64,000 nt of DNA from Phormidesmis sp. (GCA_965248535.1 CBDFJR010000005.1:2272001-2336000); one strand, 5' to 3'; positions 30,349 to 40,354 are shown, counted from the first letter of the stretch. Numbers and translations are program-made. The notes: generated by a model from the sequence alone, not told the origin.

Positions 30349-30663
30349 AACAAATTCGATCAGGAGACTTGCTTGAGGATATTTGGCAAATTAGTTTAGA
30401 TTTCACCTCGCCCACTGGTTGAGTTGTGGGAGTTAAATCGCTCTAATTTGACAGTCTTAGTGTACCGAAGTTAAAGGGTTGTCCACATCTCATAAATGTC
30501 ACGGCTCAATAATGACATTTGTCACGCGATCGCCCGCTTGCCCCCTAGAACTCTATCCCAAACTGGGAGAGGGAAGCAGGAATCTGGTTCAAAAGAGAGT
30601 AGGGGGGTCTTCTACCCGCGTCGCAAGGAGGGTGAAGATCTCAGCATTCATCAATCTACACCC

Positions 30664-31332
30664 CTAAGCCTTGTCTAACCAGTCGCGACAGGAATTGGCC
30701 AAGATCGCGGCTTGCGTGCGATCGCGCACATCTAGCTTGGTCAAAACATGGGAGATGTGATTTCTCACAGTGCCTTCAGATAGGTGAAGGGTTTGGGCAA
30801 TTTCTCGATTGCTGGCCCCGATGGCAATCGATCGTAAAACCTCTCGCTCTCGGTCTGTCAGGTTTGTTAGCCCTGGGGAAAGGGTCGGCGTGGGCGGTGT
30901 TGCGGGTGTGTCTGCAATCATTTTCTCGACGATTCCAGGCCCAAATTGGGTATAACCTTGATGGATCGATCGAATCGCCTTTGCTAGTTCATCAGTTGAG
31001 GTGTCTTTTAACAAATAGCCTTTTGCTCCATAGCGCAGAGCCTCTGCAACATAGGACGTATCGTTAAATGTGGTCAGCACTAAAACTTTGATGTCTGGAA
31101 ATTGGCGACAAATCAGTTGAGTGGCTTCTACGCCATCCATCCCCGGCATTCGGATATCCATCACTACAACGGTGGGGAGTTGAGCCATCTTTTCTAGAGC
31201 GATGAGTTGCTCGATAGCGTGGCGACCATTGACGGCCTCGCCAACAATTTGAACATCGGGCTTTGCCTCTAGCAGCATTTTTAGACCCCGCCGGACAATC
31301 TCTTGATCGTCTACAATCAGCACTTTAATCAT
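30664..31332 (-). CDS. NarL/LuxR family response regulator
   Basis: Receiver plus LTDREREVL HTH; ATGA overlap with upstream kinase stop. Confidence 0.93.
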   Translation of the reverse strand: MIKVLIVDDQEIVRRGLKMLLEAKPDVQIVGEAVNGRHAIEQLIALEKMAQLPTVVVMDIRMPGMDGVEATQLICRQFPDIKVLVLTTFNDTSYVAEALRYGAKGYLLKDTSTDELAKAIRSIHQGYTQFGPGIVEKMIADTPATPPTPTLSPGLTNLTDREREVLRSIAIGASNREIAQTLHLSEGTVRNHISHVLTKLDVRDRTQAAILANSCRDWLDKA

Positions 31333-32426
31333 GGGGTGGTGCCTCTCGGAAAGTGGGCCACAATACGACAACCTGCGCCCGGTTCACTGATAATTTCTAA
31401 CTGCCCGCCGATCGTGGTCGCTCGCTCATACATGCCTCTCAGCCCATACCCTGTGACGAGTTGATCGGGGTGAAAGCCATTGCCGTTGTCTTGCAGCGTC
31501 AGCGATAGTCCTGCGTCAGTGGTGTGGATTTGAATCTGCACGATCGTCGCATCAGCATGTTTACAAATATTGGTCAGTCCCTCTTGAATGATGCGATAGA
31601 CGGCTTGATTGACTGCATTAGGGAGCGGGTAGGACAAATCGAGTTGACACTCTAACAACACCTCAGTTAAGTGATGAAACTCTTCTACGAGGGTGGCGAT
31701 CGCGCCTTCGAGCAATTCTCCTTGGAGGGGATCTGAGCGAATCGCAGACACCGATTGCCGCACCGCTTGCAGGGCTTCAGAGCCGAGTTGCTTGGCTTCG
31801 ACTAGCGTTGAGTGGGCCCGATCGGCATCGACGTGCCAAAGAGTGAGTGCAGCTTCCATTTGAATGTTGAGAGCCACAAGCGAATGTCCGAGTGAGTCGT
31901 GAATATCGCGGGCGATGCGATTGCGTTCTTCGAGTGCCACCATTGTTTCGATGCGCTGATTGAGGGCCCGTTCTTGGTCGAGCGATCGCCGCAGATCGGC
32001 TTCGGTTTGTTGCAGACGGCGATTTTGCACTTGGAGTTGTTGCTGGAGTCGGCAAAGGTTAAGCTGGTGCTCAATGCGGGCCAGCACTTCCTCAATTTGA
32101 AACGGTTTGTGAATAAAGTCAACACCTCCGACAGAGAAGGCTTTTACCTTATCAATTGCCTCATTTAAGGCACTGATAAAAATAACCGGAATCTCCTGAA
32201 TGAGAGGAGTAGACTTGAGAGATTGACACACTTCATAGCCGTTCATTCCTGGCATGTTGATGTCAAGCAACACTAGGTCAGGCGGTTGAGCCTGCATTCC
32301 AATTAGCGCGATCGCTCCATTGGTGACGCTCCTCACCTCATAGCCTTGGGCCGTTAACATCGCTGACAACAGCCGTAGGTTATCTAGCGTATCGTCAACA
32401 ATTAGAATGTCTCCTTTAGGTTCCAT
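31329..32426 (-). CDS. Receiver + HisKA_3 histidine kinase
   Basis: N-terminal REC; ERNRIARDIHDSLGH; EGLTNICKHA; GYGLRGM. Confidence 0.92.
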   Translation of the reverse strand: MEPKGDILIVDDTLDNLRLLSAMLTAQGYEVRSVTNGAIALIGMQAQPPDLVLLDINMPGMNGYEVCQSLKSTPLIQEIPVIFISALNEAIDKVKAFSVGGVDFIHKPFQIEEVLARIEHQLNLCRLQQQLQVQNRRLQQTEADLRRSLDQERALNQRIETMVALEERNRIARDIHDSLGHSLVALNIQMEAALTLWHVDADRAHSTLVEAKQLGSEALQAVRQSVSAIRSDPLQGELLEGAIATLVEEFHHLTEVLLECQLDLSYPLPNAVNQAVYRIIQEGLTNICKHADATIVQIQIHTTDAGLSLTLQDNGNGFHPDQLVTGYGLRGMYERATTIGGQLEIISEPGAGCRIVAHFPRGTTP

Positions 32427-32435
32427 GTCTTATGA

Positions 32436-32735
32436 GAGGGCTAAGAATATCGCCAGTGGTGACAGGATCAGGAATGTAACCGATAAAACTCGTCAACGAA
32501 AATAAGAGCGAAATTAGATCATAAGCTGAATTTCTGATGAACGTTCGTATCTAAAACTCACAATGGTACGTTAGATAATTTTATGAGAAGCGGTATAAGA
32601 CAAGCGATATCGTAAAGAAACATTACTCTAGACTCTCTGAGAAAACTCTGACGATCGCGCTCAAGCTCTGTTGTGTCTGGCTTCTAGCATTCTCTTCACC
32701 CAAATAGGTGAGGTCACCTGAGCGGATTGCTCCCT
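32436..32735 (+). repeat. Copy 2 of ~300-bp non-coding direct repeat
   Basis: Collinear with 11117-11415. Confidence 0.92.
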
Positions 32736-32741
32736 GATCTA

Positions 32742-32792
32742 TTTTGGACAATGGTGATCTTTGAACCGATGGCAGAGCACTTGGGTGTTCGC
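32742..32792 (+). pseudogene. 51-bp remnant of a second copy of the hybrid kinase gene
   Basis: 45/51 nt identical to 14431-14481 (FRTTVIFEKMAEHLGIR). Confidence 0.85.
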
Positions 32793-32906
32793 GTCGGTTC
32801 AAGAACGTGTTGTTGCTGACGTTATGGGTCTTCGATCCCCTAGATCTCCTTTTTTAAGAGGGACTGGCGGGGATCTCTTGATGATTTAATACGGTGCAAC
32901 CATTCT

Positions 32907-33338
32907 CTACGATCGCTTAAATCGATATTGAGCAAAATAGTTTTGACGAGCACTATTATCGGTAAACTGCGTAAAGCTTTGCAGCGAAATCTGATTATTG
33001 TTCGCTCCTCCCAATGCAAACGTTAGAATGTCATTGGCAAAGCTTTGGCGATAGACGGCCGTCCCTTGTTTGTGGTTTGCGTCTTGAACGCTGTTGCCAT
33101 AGGTGATCAGTTGGGTCGTTCCAAAGGCACAGTCAGTAGGGTGGCACTTTCCAAAAGCTTGAACCTTTAAGGTGTTGGGCTGCGGAGCCGTGACGACAAG
33201 GCGAGTAATGCCGCGGGTATTGCTATCAACGTTGACCCAAGTTCCGACAAAATCTTGAGGAGCCGCTAATGCAGGGGCAATCAAGCCCGCAGCAAAGAGC
33301 GTCCCACAGGTGGCGATCGTGATTGAGCGCTTCAACAT
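32907..33338 (-). CDS. Secreted beta-rich hypothetical protein
   Basis: Signal peptide ending ALA; GTWVNVDSNTRGITRL..FGKCHPTDC; GGAG RBS. Confidence 0.8.
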   Translation of the reverse strand: MLKRSITIATCGTLFAAGLIAPALAAPQDFVGTWVNVDSNTRGITRLVVTAPQPNTLKVQAFGKCHPTDCAFGTTQLITYGNSVQDANHKQGTAVYRQSFANDILTFALGGANNNQISLQSFTQFTDNSARQNYFAQYRFKRS

Positions 33339-33539
33339 TTCAGAAACTCCAATAGTTAACAAGTGAGGGTCATAATCAACGCCGATCCTTCAAACTCTAG
33401 AGCGGTAGCGTTAATCATGGATAAGTCCATCTTGCTCGATAATATAAGCATTTCAGAGTACCCCAGTGGGTACTCTTTAGGAACCGAGACCTCGTTTGAG
33501 GATTGAAGATTTGTCGAGTGTAAAGACGACCTAGAGGAC

Positions 33540-34015
33540 TCACGCAATCGCCTTGCTTGCCTTCACATCCCACCCGGCTTTCACGATCGTATCGGGTGAC
33601 CCATCTGCCTTTTGAGGTGTGAATTCGTACACGATCTTTGCATAGCTGAGGGAGAGATGCTCGATCGGGAGTTGATCTGTCTCGGTGCTGCTAGTAGCTT
33701 CAAATGAAACCACCTGCACATCTGATAGGGTGATTTTTAAGAAGTCTTGCAGTTGCTGCTCAGACCGCCGACCAGTGAGCGTTGCTGTCTTGAGATGTTG
33801 CCCAGAGGCTCCGGCAAGAAAAAGCTTTGGGCTGGCTTTGCTCGTGTATGAGGTGAACTGGAAGGGTTGCAGAGTCACTTTGCCTGCCCCTACGCCCCCT
33901 CCTACATTCGATGTTCCTGATTGACTCTCGCTCCAAGACCATGACTGCACCTCAATTTCGCCTTTGTGCTGCTCATCCTGACTGTCGCCCTTAGAAAATA
34001 TTCTACTTGGCTCAT
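33540..34015 (-). pseudogene. hcp: Type VI secretion tube protein Hcp, frameshifted near N-terminus
   Basis: MSQVEYFL | GDSQDEQHKGEIEVQSWSW..KASPKLF..GQHL..EHLSLSYAKI..AGWDVK; span is 476 nt (not a multiple of 3) and the KIDGIK-type segment is missing. Confidence 0.85.
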
Positions 34016-34030
34016 GCTGTTGACACTCCG

Positions 34031-34250
34031 GTGAACTACCCCCACTGACTTCCTACGCGCTACGCGCTTCGGTCGTTGAGTGGGGGCTTCCAATTTCAAC
34101 GGGAAGAGCCTCAGATACGGATGACTTACGCCGTCCAACCTTCGGACTTACCTTCCCTCCATTGGCAGTAGCGCTAGTTCCTAACGCCAAGATTCGTAGA
34201 CCTTCATCTCGAATATTGATAGCAGCATTCACGTCTCGGTCATGCTTCGT
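34031..34250 (-). ncRNA. Predicted TnpB omegaRNA (reRNA) scaffold; 5' boundary approximate
   Basis: Established position overlapping the tnpB 3' end and element right end; terminal hairpin visible. Confidence 0.55.
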
Positions 34251-35267
34251 AGCGCAGTTTTGACACTGCCATGACCGGATCTCCAGTGCGAGGCTACCCA
34301 CTCGATTGAGGCAGACTGAGCAGGTCTTTGAGGACGGGAAAAATCGGTCAACTTCTTGATAGATCTTTCCATCCTGCCCTGCTTTATAACTAAGCATTCT
34401 GGTGAACTCCGACCAACTGGCATCGCTGATTGCTTTGGCTAAGTTGTGATTTTTCACCATGTTCTTGACTGCCAGATTCTCAACGCAGATCACTTGGTTT
34501 TCGTTGACCATTTTGCGCGAGAGTTTATGCAGAAAGTCTTTTCTCACGTTTGCAATTCTTTCGTGAACCCGTGCCACAAGGCGACGTGCCTTTTTCCGGT
34601 TGCTTGACCCCTTTTGTTTGCGAGAAAGTTTTTGCTGTTTGCGTTTGAGGTTGCGAGAATGCTTCTTTAACACCCTCGGATTGTCAAACTTAGAGCCGTC
34701 GGATGTAATCGCAAAATGGGTTAGACCTAAATCAATCCCGACTGCTTTGCCTACTCCAGATCCCTCAATCTCTGGCAGTCCATCATCAAACAGCAATGAT
34801 GCAAAATACTTGCCAGAGGTCGTGAGAGAAACCGTTACAGTTTTCAGCTTCCCTTCAAACACGCGATGAATTTTAGCCTTGATCACTCCCAGCTTCGGAA
34901 GTTTCAACCCTTCATCCGTCATCTTGACGCTCTGAGGATACTGAATCGATTGCTTGCCGTGCTTCGATTTGAAGTTAGGGAATTGAGCCCGCCCGTCAAA
35001 GAAGTTGATAAACGCTCTTGATAGGTTTAGAGACACGCTTTGCAGCACTTGGCTATAAGGCTCTGTCAACCATTCAAACTCTTTCTTGAGTGCAGGTAGC
35101 CGACTGTTCATCCCAACTTGAGATAAGCCTTTTCCCGCTTCTTTGTAGAGTCGATTCGTCTCAGCTAACGAGTTATTCCAAAACCAACGGGCACAACCAA
35201 ACGCCTTTGAAAGCGCCTCTTTCTGCTCGTCAGTGGGATAAATTCGTACCTTGACCGCGTGTTTCAT
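34053..35267 (-). CDS. tnpB: RNA-guided endonuclease TnpB
   Basis: HTH N-terminus; RuvC GIDLG, VENL and DRDVNAAINI; CSVC..CQNC zinc finger. Confidence 0.95.
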   Translation of the reverse strand: MKHAVKVRIYPTDEQKEALSKAFGCARWFWNNSLAETNRLYKEAGKGLSQVGMNSRLPALKKEFEWLTEPYSQVLQSVSLNLSRAFINFFDGRAQFPNFKSKHGKQSIQYPQSVKMTDEGLKLPKLGVIKAKIHRVFEGKLKTVTVSLTTSGKYFASLLFDDGLPEIEGSGVGKAVGIDLGLTHFAITSDGSKFDNPRVLKKHSRNLKRKQQKLSRKQKGSSNRKKARRLVARVHERIANVRKDFLHKLSRKMVNENQVICVENLAVKNMVKNHNLAKAISDASWSEFTRMLSYKAGQDGKIYQEVDRFFPSSKTCSVCLNRVGSLALEIRSWQCQNCATKHDRDVNAAINIRDEGLRILALGTSATANGGKVSPKVGRRKSSVSEALPVEIGSPHSTTEARSA

Positions 35268-35566
35268 TCCTCTACTTTACTGCAAACTAGCACTGCAAAC
35301 TAGCAACAATAGTAAGGAGCGTTGATAAATCTTTTGGGTTGAGGTCTAAGACATTGGCGATTCCGCTTCGCTACATCGCCCTGGCTTTCATCCCCCACCT
35401 TTTCCATTCCGCACCTCGCTTCGCTGTTGCTCCATTACAAGAGGCGGGGGAATTCCCGCCGACTCCGTTAAATGGGGGTGATGGCACCAACACGATCGAG
35501 CGGTCTGATTTCCTTTAGCGCTCACAAAAATTCACAAGGTTACTTTAGCTCACATCATTGCACCCA

Positions 35567-38500
35567 TCATGGGTAGTCACAAAACTCGTCGTCATTTCTG
35601 CCCATCATGGTCACGATTGTCCTAATCAATTCATCTGGCTCAACGGGCTTAGTAAGATGCCCTTGAAATCCGGCTGCCAAGGCTTGCCGCTGATTCATCT
35701 CTCCCGCATAGGCAGTGAGAGCAATCGCAGTAAACCCTCCCAGTTCACTAGAAATCTGAGAAATTTGACGCATTAGCTCATAGCCATCCATCTCTGGCAT
35801 TCCAATGTCACTGAGAAGCAGATCGAAGGGGGTAGTTGAGAGTTGTTGAAGGGCCTCGATCGCTGAATTCACGGCACTGACTTTGGCTCCTGCTTGTTCT
35901 ACAACAAATGCCACAAACTCACGGGAATCACGGTCATCATCAACAATCAGCACCCGCAGATTTGCCAGGGGACGTGGGTCTGATCGAACCCAGATCGGGT
36001 CGGTCACTGTTTCGGCCGGAGTCACGGTCTGCAAGAACGGCAACTCAACCGTGAAGGTTGCTCCCTGTCCTTCACCCAGGCTTTCGACCCAAATTCTGCC
36101 GCCGTGCAGTTCGACAATTTGGCGTGCGATCGCCAGCCCCAATCCCAACCCGCCAAACTTGCGCGTGGTGGCTCCATCTTCCTGCCGAAAATGCTCAAAG
36201 ACATGGGGCAAAAACTCTGAGCGGATGCCTTTGCCTGTATCGATCACTTGCAGTCGAGCTTGGTGATTGACTTGTGTCAGCCGAACGTCAACCTTGCCCT
36301 TAAGGGGCGTAAATTTCACGGCATTTGATAGAAGGTTCCACACGACCTGCTGGAGTCGTCCCGCATCTCCATAAACCTGTCCAATATTGGGTTCAAGATA
36401 AACTTCAATATCCATCCCTTTGGCCTCTGCTGCTAGACGCACGGTTTCGATCGCCGACGAAATCACAAACGCTAAACTTACCGGAGTTGCATTCAGCGTC
36501 AGTTTGCCTTGCATGATGCGGGAAATATCAAGCAGGTCGTCGATCAGTTGGGACTGAAGTTTGGCGTTGCGCTCGATCGTGGCCAGAGCTTCGGCCGCTC
36601 TAGCGGGATCTAACTTGCCGCCACGCAACAATTTTGCCCAGCCTAAGATCGGGTTAAGGGGCGATCGCAGTTCATGCGACAGCACAGCCAAGAATTCATC
36701 TTTGACTCGATTGGCTTGTTCAGCAGATTCTCGCGCCAATTGTTCTTGTTGCAAAAGCTGCTCTCGTTCTTGCTCGGCTTGCAGGCGCTCGGTGATGTCT
36801 GTGTTGGTGCCAAACCAGCGCAAAATGTGTCCTGCTGCGTCTCTGATAGGGATGGCGCGAGACAGAAACCAGCGGTAGGTGCCATCTTTGCCCCGCAGCG
36901 GAAAGGTGTCTTCCCAGGGTTGGCCTGTTTTAAGGCAATGGCGAAAATGCTCAACCACGCGATCGACGTGTTCTGGATGATGCACCTGTTGCCAACCCCA
37001 GCCCTGCATCACTTCAAGCGTGGTGCCTGTATACTCAAACCAGCGGCGGTTATACCAAAAGAGCCAGCCGTTTGGGTCTGCCATCCAAGCAAATTGAGAC
37101 ATGTGATCAGCCAGAGTCCGAAAGCGTTCCTCACTCTCCCGCAGGGCTGCGTCTGCCTGTTTGCGATCGGTAATATCTCGACAGGTAATCACGCCGCCTG
37201 TAATCTCATGATTCATATCTCTGACCGGAAAGCCGCTGATGCTGACCCACCTCCCTTGGGCAGACGGGTCACGGCGCACAAAGACTTCGACATCGTTCGC
37301 GTCTTCTCCTTTTATCGCCCGATAGAGCGGCAGTTGCTGATCGGGAAAGAGCGTTTGTTGATCGGGTAAAAAGAGTCCATAAGTTCTTGACCATTCCTCA
37401 CACGAGCGTTCATTTGTGAGCGAACCGAAGATGTGCTCGGCCGCTTGATTCACCAGCACGAACTCACCTTGTGGATTCGCCATGAGCAAACCATCGCCGA
37501 TACTTTCAACGATCAGTCGCATTAACTTAGTTTGCTCTTGCAAAGCTGCTTGGACTTGGATTTGCTCGGTAACATTCCTGAAATAAACGGCGATGCCATT
37601 TGGGGCGGGATAGGTGCGAACTTCATACCAGCGATCGTGGTCGGGGTAAAACGCCGTCAAGGACGCAGCCACGCGATCGCGCATTGCGCTCCGATAAACC
37701 GACTCCAACTCATTGCCCCTCAGTCCTGGATATTCTTCCCATAGATTCTTGCCAATTAAGTCTTGTGAAGTGCGATCGAGCAAGATTCCAGCAGCTTGAT
37801 TCACATAAGTAAACCGCCAGTGTCGATCGATTGCAAAGAAGCCATCATTGACGCTTTCTAGAATGGTTCGGCTCTGCTCTTCGCTTTGGCGCAACAGTTG
37901 TTCTGTCCGGGCGCGTTCTAGTTTTGTCCAGACGCGGCTTGCCAATTCTCGCATCAGTTCAATCTCGTCTTCGCGCCAGTTATAGGGCACTGGATGAAAT
38001 ACCGTCAGCGAAAACGTCCATTTGCCGTCTCTGATGAGCGGAATGTGGAGTTCTGCACCAATCTTGAGCGCGTCATATCGCTGGGGGTGGGCAATGTGCG
38101 AGTCAACGGCGACATCTCGAATGACGATCGCCTGTTCCGCTTGAGCCGCTTGCAAAAATTCATCTGTGACAAACTCTAGGAGTGAATAACTCCCGACTAA
38201 GCTCGGTCTATCAGCTTGATGCCAGCAATGATTGATCACGGCTTGATGTGCTTCCTCACTGATTTCAACAAACGCGCAGATTGAGGTATCGAGATAACGG
38301 TTGAGTTGTTCGCCGATCGTCTGCACAATCTCAGCGACACTGCCTATGCCAACGAGATCCTGGCTCACCGTAGATAGAAAGGCCGCGTTTAACTCGGTTC
38401 GTTTGCGATCGGTAATATCCATCACTACGCCCAACAGTCGAGTCGGCGTGCCTTCAGAGTCACAGTAAACACTGCTGCGTGCCCAGATCCAATGGATGCT

Positions 38501-39268
38501 GTGATCTGCGTGAATAATGCGACATTCAAAGTTCCAATCGGTGCGGGCTGAGACGGTTTGTTGAAACCTCTCATTCACAGCAGCGTGATCGTCGGGGTGA
38601 ACGTGATCTAAAAAAATCTCGTAGCTCCATTCTGGCAGCAGCGAGTCATATCCAAAAATTTGGTCATGTCTCAGAGAGCGATGCGCCGTGTGGGGTTGCG
38701 TCGTTAGATCGAGATCCCACTCGCCGATCTGAGTGGAGTCCAACATAAACCGCAGTCGGGCTTCACTGGCTCTCAGATCGGCTTCGATTTGTTTACGTTC
38801 GCTAATATCGCGTGAAATTACTAGCAACTGCTTCGGCTTGCCTAAACTATCTAGGATCGGTGCCACCACTACATCCCACCATTTAGGGGTTCCCTTTAAT
38901 GTTGGGCAAAACCCGCTAAAGCGACTGGTTCCCCCTGCTTTAGCGGTTTGTATCGCTTGATGAGCAGTGGGGCGATCGCCGTCTTGCCAAAACTCAACCC
39001 AAGCGGTCCCCACTAAAGGGGTGCAGTCTTCAACCTCCATCAGACAGCGCCCCGGCGCGTTCATCGAGACTAGGCAACCGTTGAGATCGAGCACTTTAAT
39101 GCAGTCAGCACTACTCTCAAAAATATGGCGGTTAAACGCTTCGCTTTCCTGCAAATCTTCCTCTACTTGTCTACATTGGGTGATATCAGTGTCAGTCGTC
39201 ATCTGAGGGCAACGGTGAAGTAAATCATGCTCTGAAGAGACAGAGTGAGTCTGATGGGGGTCGGTCAT
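35567..39268 (-). CDS. Cytoplasmic multi-PAS/GAF hybrid histidine kinase
   Basis: Several PAS/PAC repeats, GAF, LSHELRSPL, NAVKFT, GLGLGL, C-terminal receiver. Confidence 0.93.
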   Translation of the reverse strand: MTDPHQTHSVSSEHDLLHRCPQMTTDTDITQCRQVEEDLQESEAFNRHIFESSADCIKVLDLNGCLVSMNAPGRCLMEVEDCTPLVGTAWVEFWQDGDRPTAHQAIQTAKAGGTSRFSGFCPTLKGTPKWWDVVVAPILDSLGKPKQLLVISRDISERKQIEADLRASEARLRFMLDSTQIGEWDLDLTTQPHTAHRSLRHDQIFGYDSLLPEWSYEIFLDHVHPDDHAAVNERFQQTVSARTDWNFECRIIHADHSIHWIWARSSVYCDSEGTPTRLLGVVMDITDRKRTELNAAFLSTVSQDLVGIGSVAEIVQTIGEQLNRYLDTSICAFVEISEEAHQAVINHCWHQADRPSLVGSYSLLEFVTDEFLQAAQAEQAIVIRDVAVDSHIAHPQRYDALKIGAELHIPLIRDGKWTFSLTVFHPVPYNWREDEIELMRELASRVWTKLERARTEQLLRQSEEQSRTILESVNDGFFAIDRHWRFTYVNQAAGILLDRTSQDLIGKNLWEEYPGLRGNELESVYRSAMRDRVAASLTAFYPDHDRWYEVRTYPAPNGIAVYFRNVTEQIQVQAALQEQTKLMRLIVESIGDGLLMANPQGEFVLVNQAAEHIFGSLTNERSCEEWSRTYGLFLPDQQTLFPDQQLPLYRAIKGEDANDVEVFVRRDPSAQGRWVSISGFPVRDMNHEITGGVITCRDITDRKQADAALRESEERFRTLADHMSQFAWMADPNGWLFWYNRRWFEYTGTTLEVMQGWGWQQVHHPEHVDRVVEHFRHCLKTGQPWEDTFPLRGKDGTYRWFLSRAIPIRDAAGHILRWFGTNTDITERLQAEQEREQLLQQEQLARESAEQANRVKDEFLAVLSHELRSPLNPILGWAKLLRGGKLDPARAAEALATIERNAKLQSQLIDDLLDISRIMQGKLTLNATPVSLAFVISSAIETVRLAAEAKGMDIEVYLEPNIGQVYGDAGRLQQVVWNLLSNAVKFTPLKGKVDVRLTQVNHQARLQVIDTGKGIRSEFLPHVFEHFRQEDGATTRKFGGLGLGLAIARQIVELHGGRIWVESLGEGQGATFTVELPFLQTVTPAETVTDPIWVRSDPRPLANLRVLIVDDDRDSREFVAFVVEQAGAKVSAVNSAIEALQQLSTTPFDLLLSDIGMPEMDGYELMRQISQISSELGGFTAIALTAYAGEMNQRQALAAGFQGHLTKPVEPDELIRTIVTMMGRNDDEFCDYP

Positions 39269-39281
39269 CTTGCCTCTGCCC

Positions 39282-39515
39282 CTACGCTGAAAAATACTTG
39301 GCTAATAGATCTTGTCCACGATCGCCCATTTGCAGCAGCACTAATTCAATTTGCCTCAAGGCAATGGGCAAGGGCTGAGTCCGCCCGTTTTCCCAGCGAT
39401 TCACGCTTTGAAATGAAACGCCTAACTTGGCGGCAAACTCAACCTGTGAGAGGGCAAGCCGTCGCCGAGTTTCTCGCACGAGATCTATCAGATCGGATTG
39501 TTCGATCGTAGGCAT
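39282..39515 (-). CDS. XRE-family helix-turn-helix regulator
   Basis: LSQVEFAAKLGVSFQSVNRWENGR. Confidence 0.85.
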   Translation of the reverse strand: MPTIEQSDLIDLVRETRRRLALSQVEFAAKLGVSFQSVNRWENGRTQPLPIALRQIELVLLQMGDRGQDLLAKYFSA

Positions 39516-39824
39516 AGAGTCAGAACCATTCAATTGCATTTAGTACATATACCATGTGGTATATCCGCGCTCCGTCCATCGAAAGGCGTAGAAGCCAAAG
39601 AAGTGATCTCTGCTCGTTTCCAAGCTTCTTCAAGAAAGTGGGGATTTAGGGGCACCAGCCGACCTCAACACAGCGCCAGATCAGAGCACTTTATCTCTAG
39701 AATTCTATTCATGCAGGAAGTCGAATATGCAATAAATAACGCTGCAAAAGCTTCAGCAGTGACCACCGAAGCCGAAGATCCTCTGAAACGTTTCTAAAAT
39801 CTTCCCGATCACGTATGCTGAGTT

Positions 39825-39998
39825 CACGACTCGGTTCTGACGGGGAGCAGCCGTCAGAGGAAACAGGGAAAGTGTAGTAAAAATCTACCGCTGTCCCGCA
39901 ACTGTGAAGGAAATGAAGAATTAGAAATGAAAAATTTGTAGGATGTGTGATTCTTACCATTTTTAATTTTGCATTCTCCAAGTCAGAACGCCTGCCGA
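39825..39998 (+). ncRNA. Cobalamin riboswitch
   Basis: GGTTC..AACAGGGAAAG..GTAAAAATC..CGCTGTCCCGCAACTGT..AAGTCAGAACGCCTGCC (B12 box); directly upstream of cbtB. Confidence 0.92.
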
Positions 39999-40035
39999 AT
40001 CGCTTAACAACATCGTCTTCTTTACGAGGTACAAA

Positions 40036-40227
40036 ATGACGACTCAAACTCATTCTTCAGTTCAGCAAAAACTTGCACGTCGCACGCTATCGGTTCCTGT
40101 GCAATCGGCGCTCTACATCTCACTCAGCGCGTTAACTCTCTGGACAATTTATTTCACGACTTATCCCGCGATCCACGACAAGGTGCACACATTTCGTCAT
40201 CACACTGCGCTCGTCAGTTGCCATTAA
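40036..40227 (+). CDS. cbtB: CbtB-domain cobalt transporter subunit
   Basis: One TM plus HDKVHTFRHH...CH C-terminus; riboswitch context. Confidence 0.85.
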   Translation: MTTQTHSSVQQKLARRTLSVPVQSALYISLSALTLWTIYFTTYPAIHDKVHTFRHHTALVSCH

Positions 40228-40241
40228 AGATTAGGCAAGCT

Positions 40242-40275
40242 GATAGGCTATCTGATTTCAGTCAGATAGCCTATC
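40242..40275 (+). other. Perfect 14-bp stem-loop after cbtB
   Basis: GATAGGCTATCTGA-TTTCAG-TCAGATAGCCTATC. Confidence 0.7.
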
Positions 40276-40354
40276 TGAGCATGTTCTGGTTTCTTTGTGT
40301 CATCTAGATGTGCAGCAGCTTACAGGCGAGATGTAACCATTTAGAATTAAACTA

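Larger units (their letters stand above)
34031..35471 (-). mobile_element. Non-autonomous IS200/IS605 (IS1341-type) element carrying tnpB only
   Basis: Right end ...GGGGGTAGTTCAC with CCCCCACT/AGTGGGGG hairpin; GC-rich palindromic left end near 35445-35471; no tnpA. Left boundary uncertain (35467 or 35471). Confidence 0.8.

Noticed and set aside
33540..34015. Functional type VI secretion system
   Set aside because: hcp is frameshifted and no other T6SS gene is present
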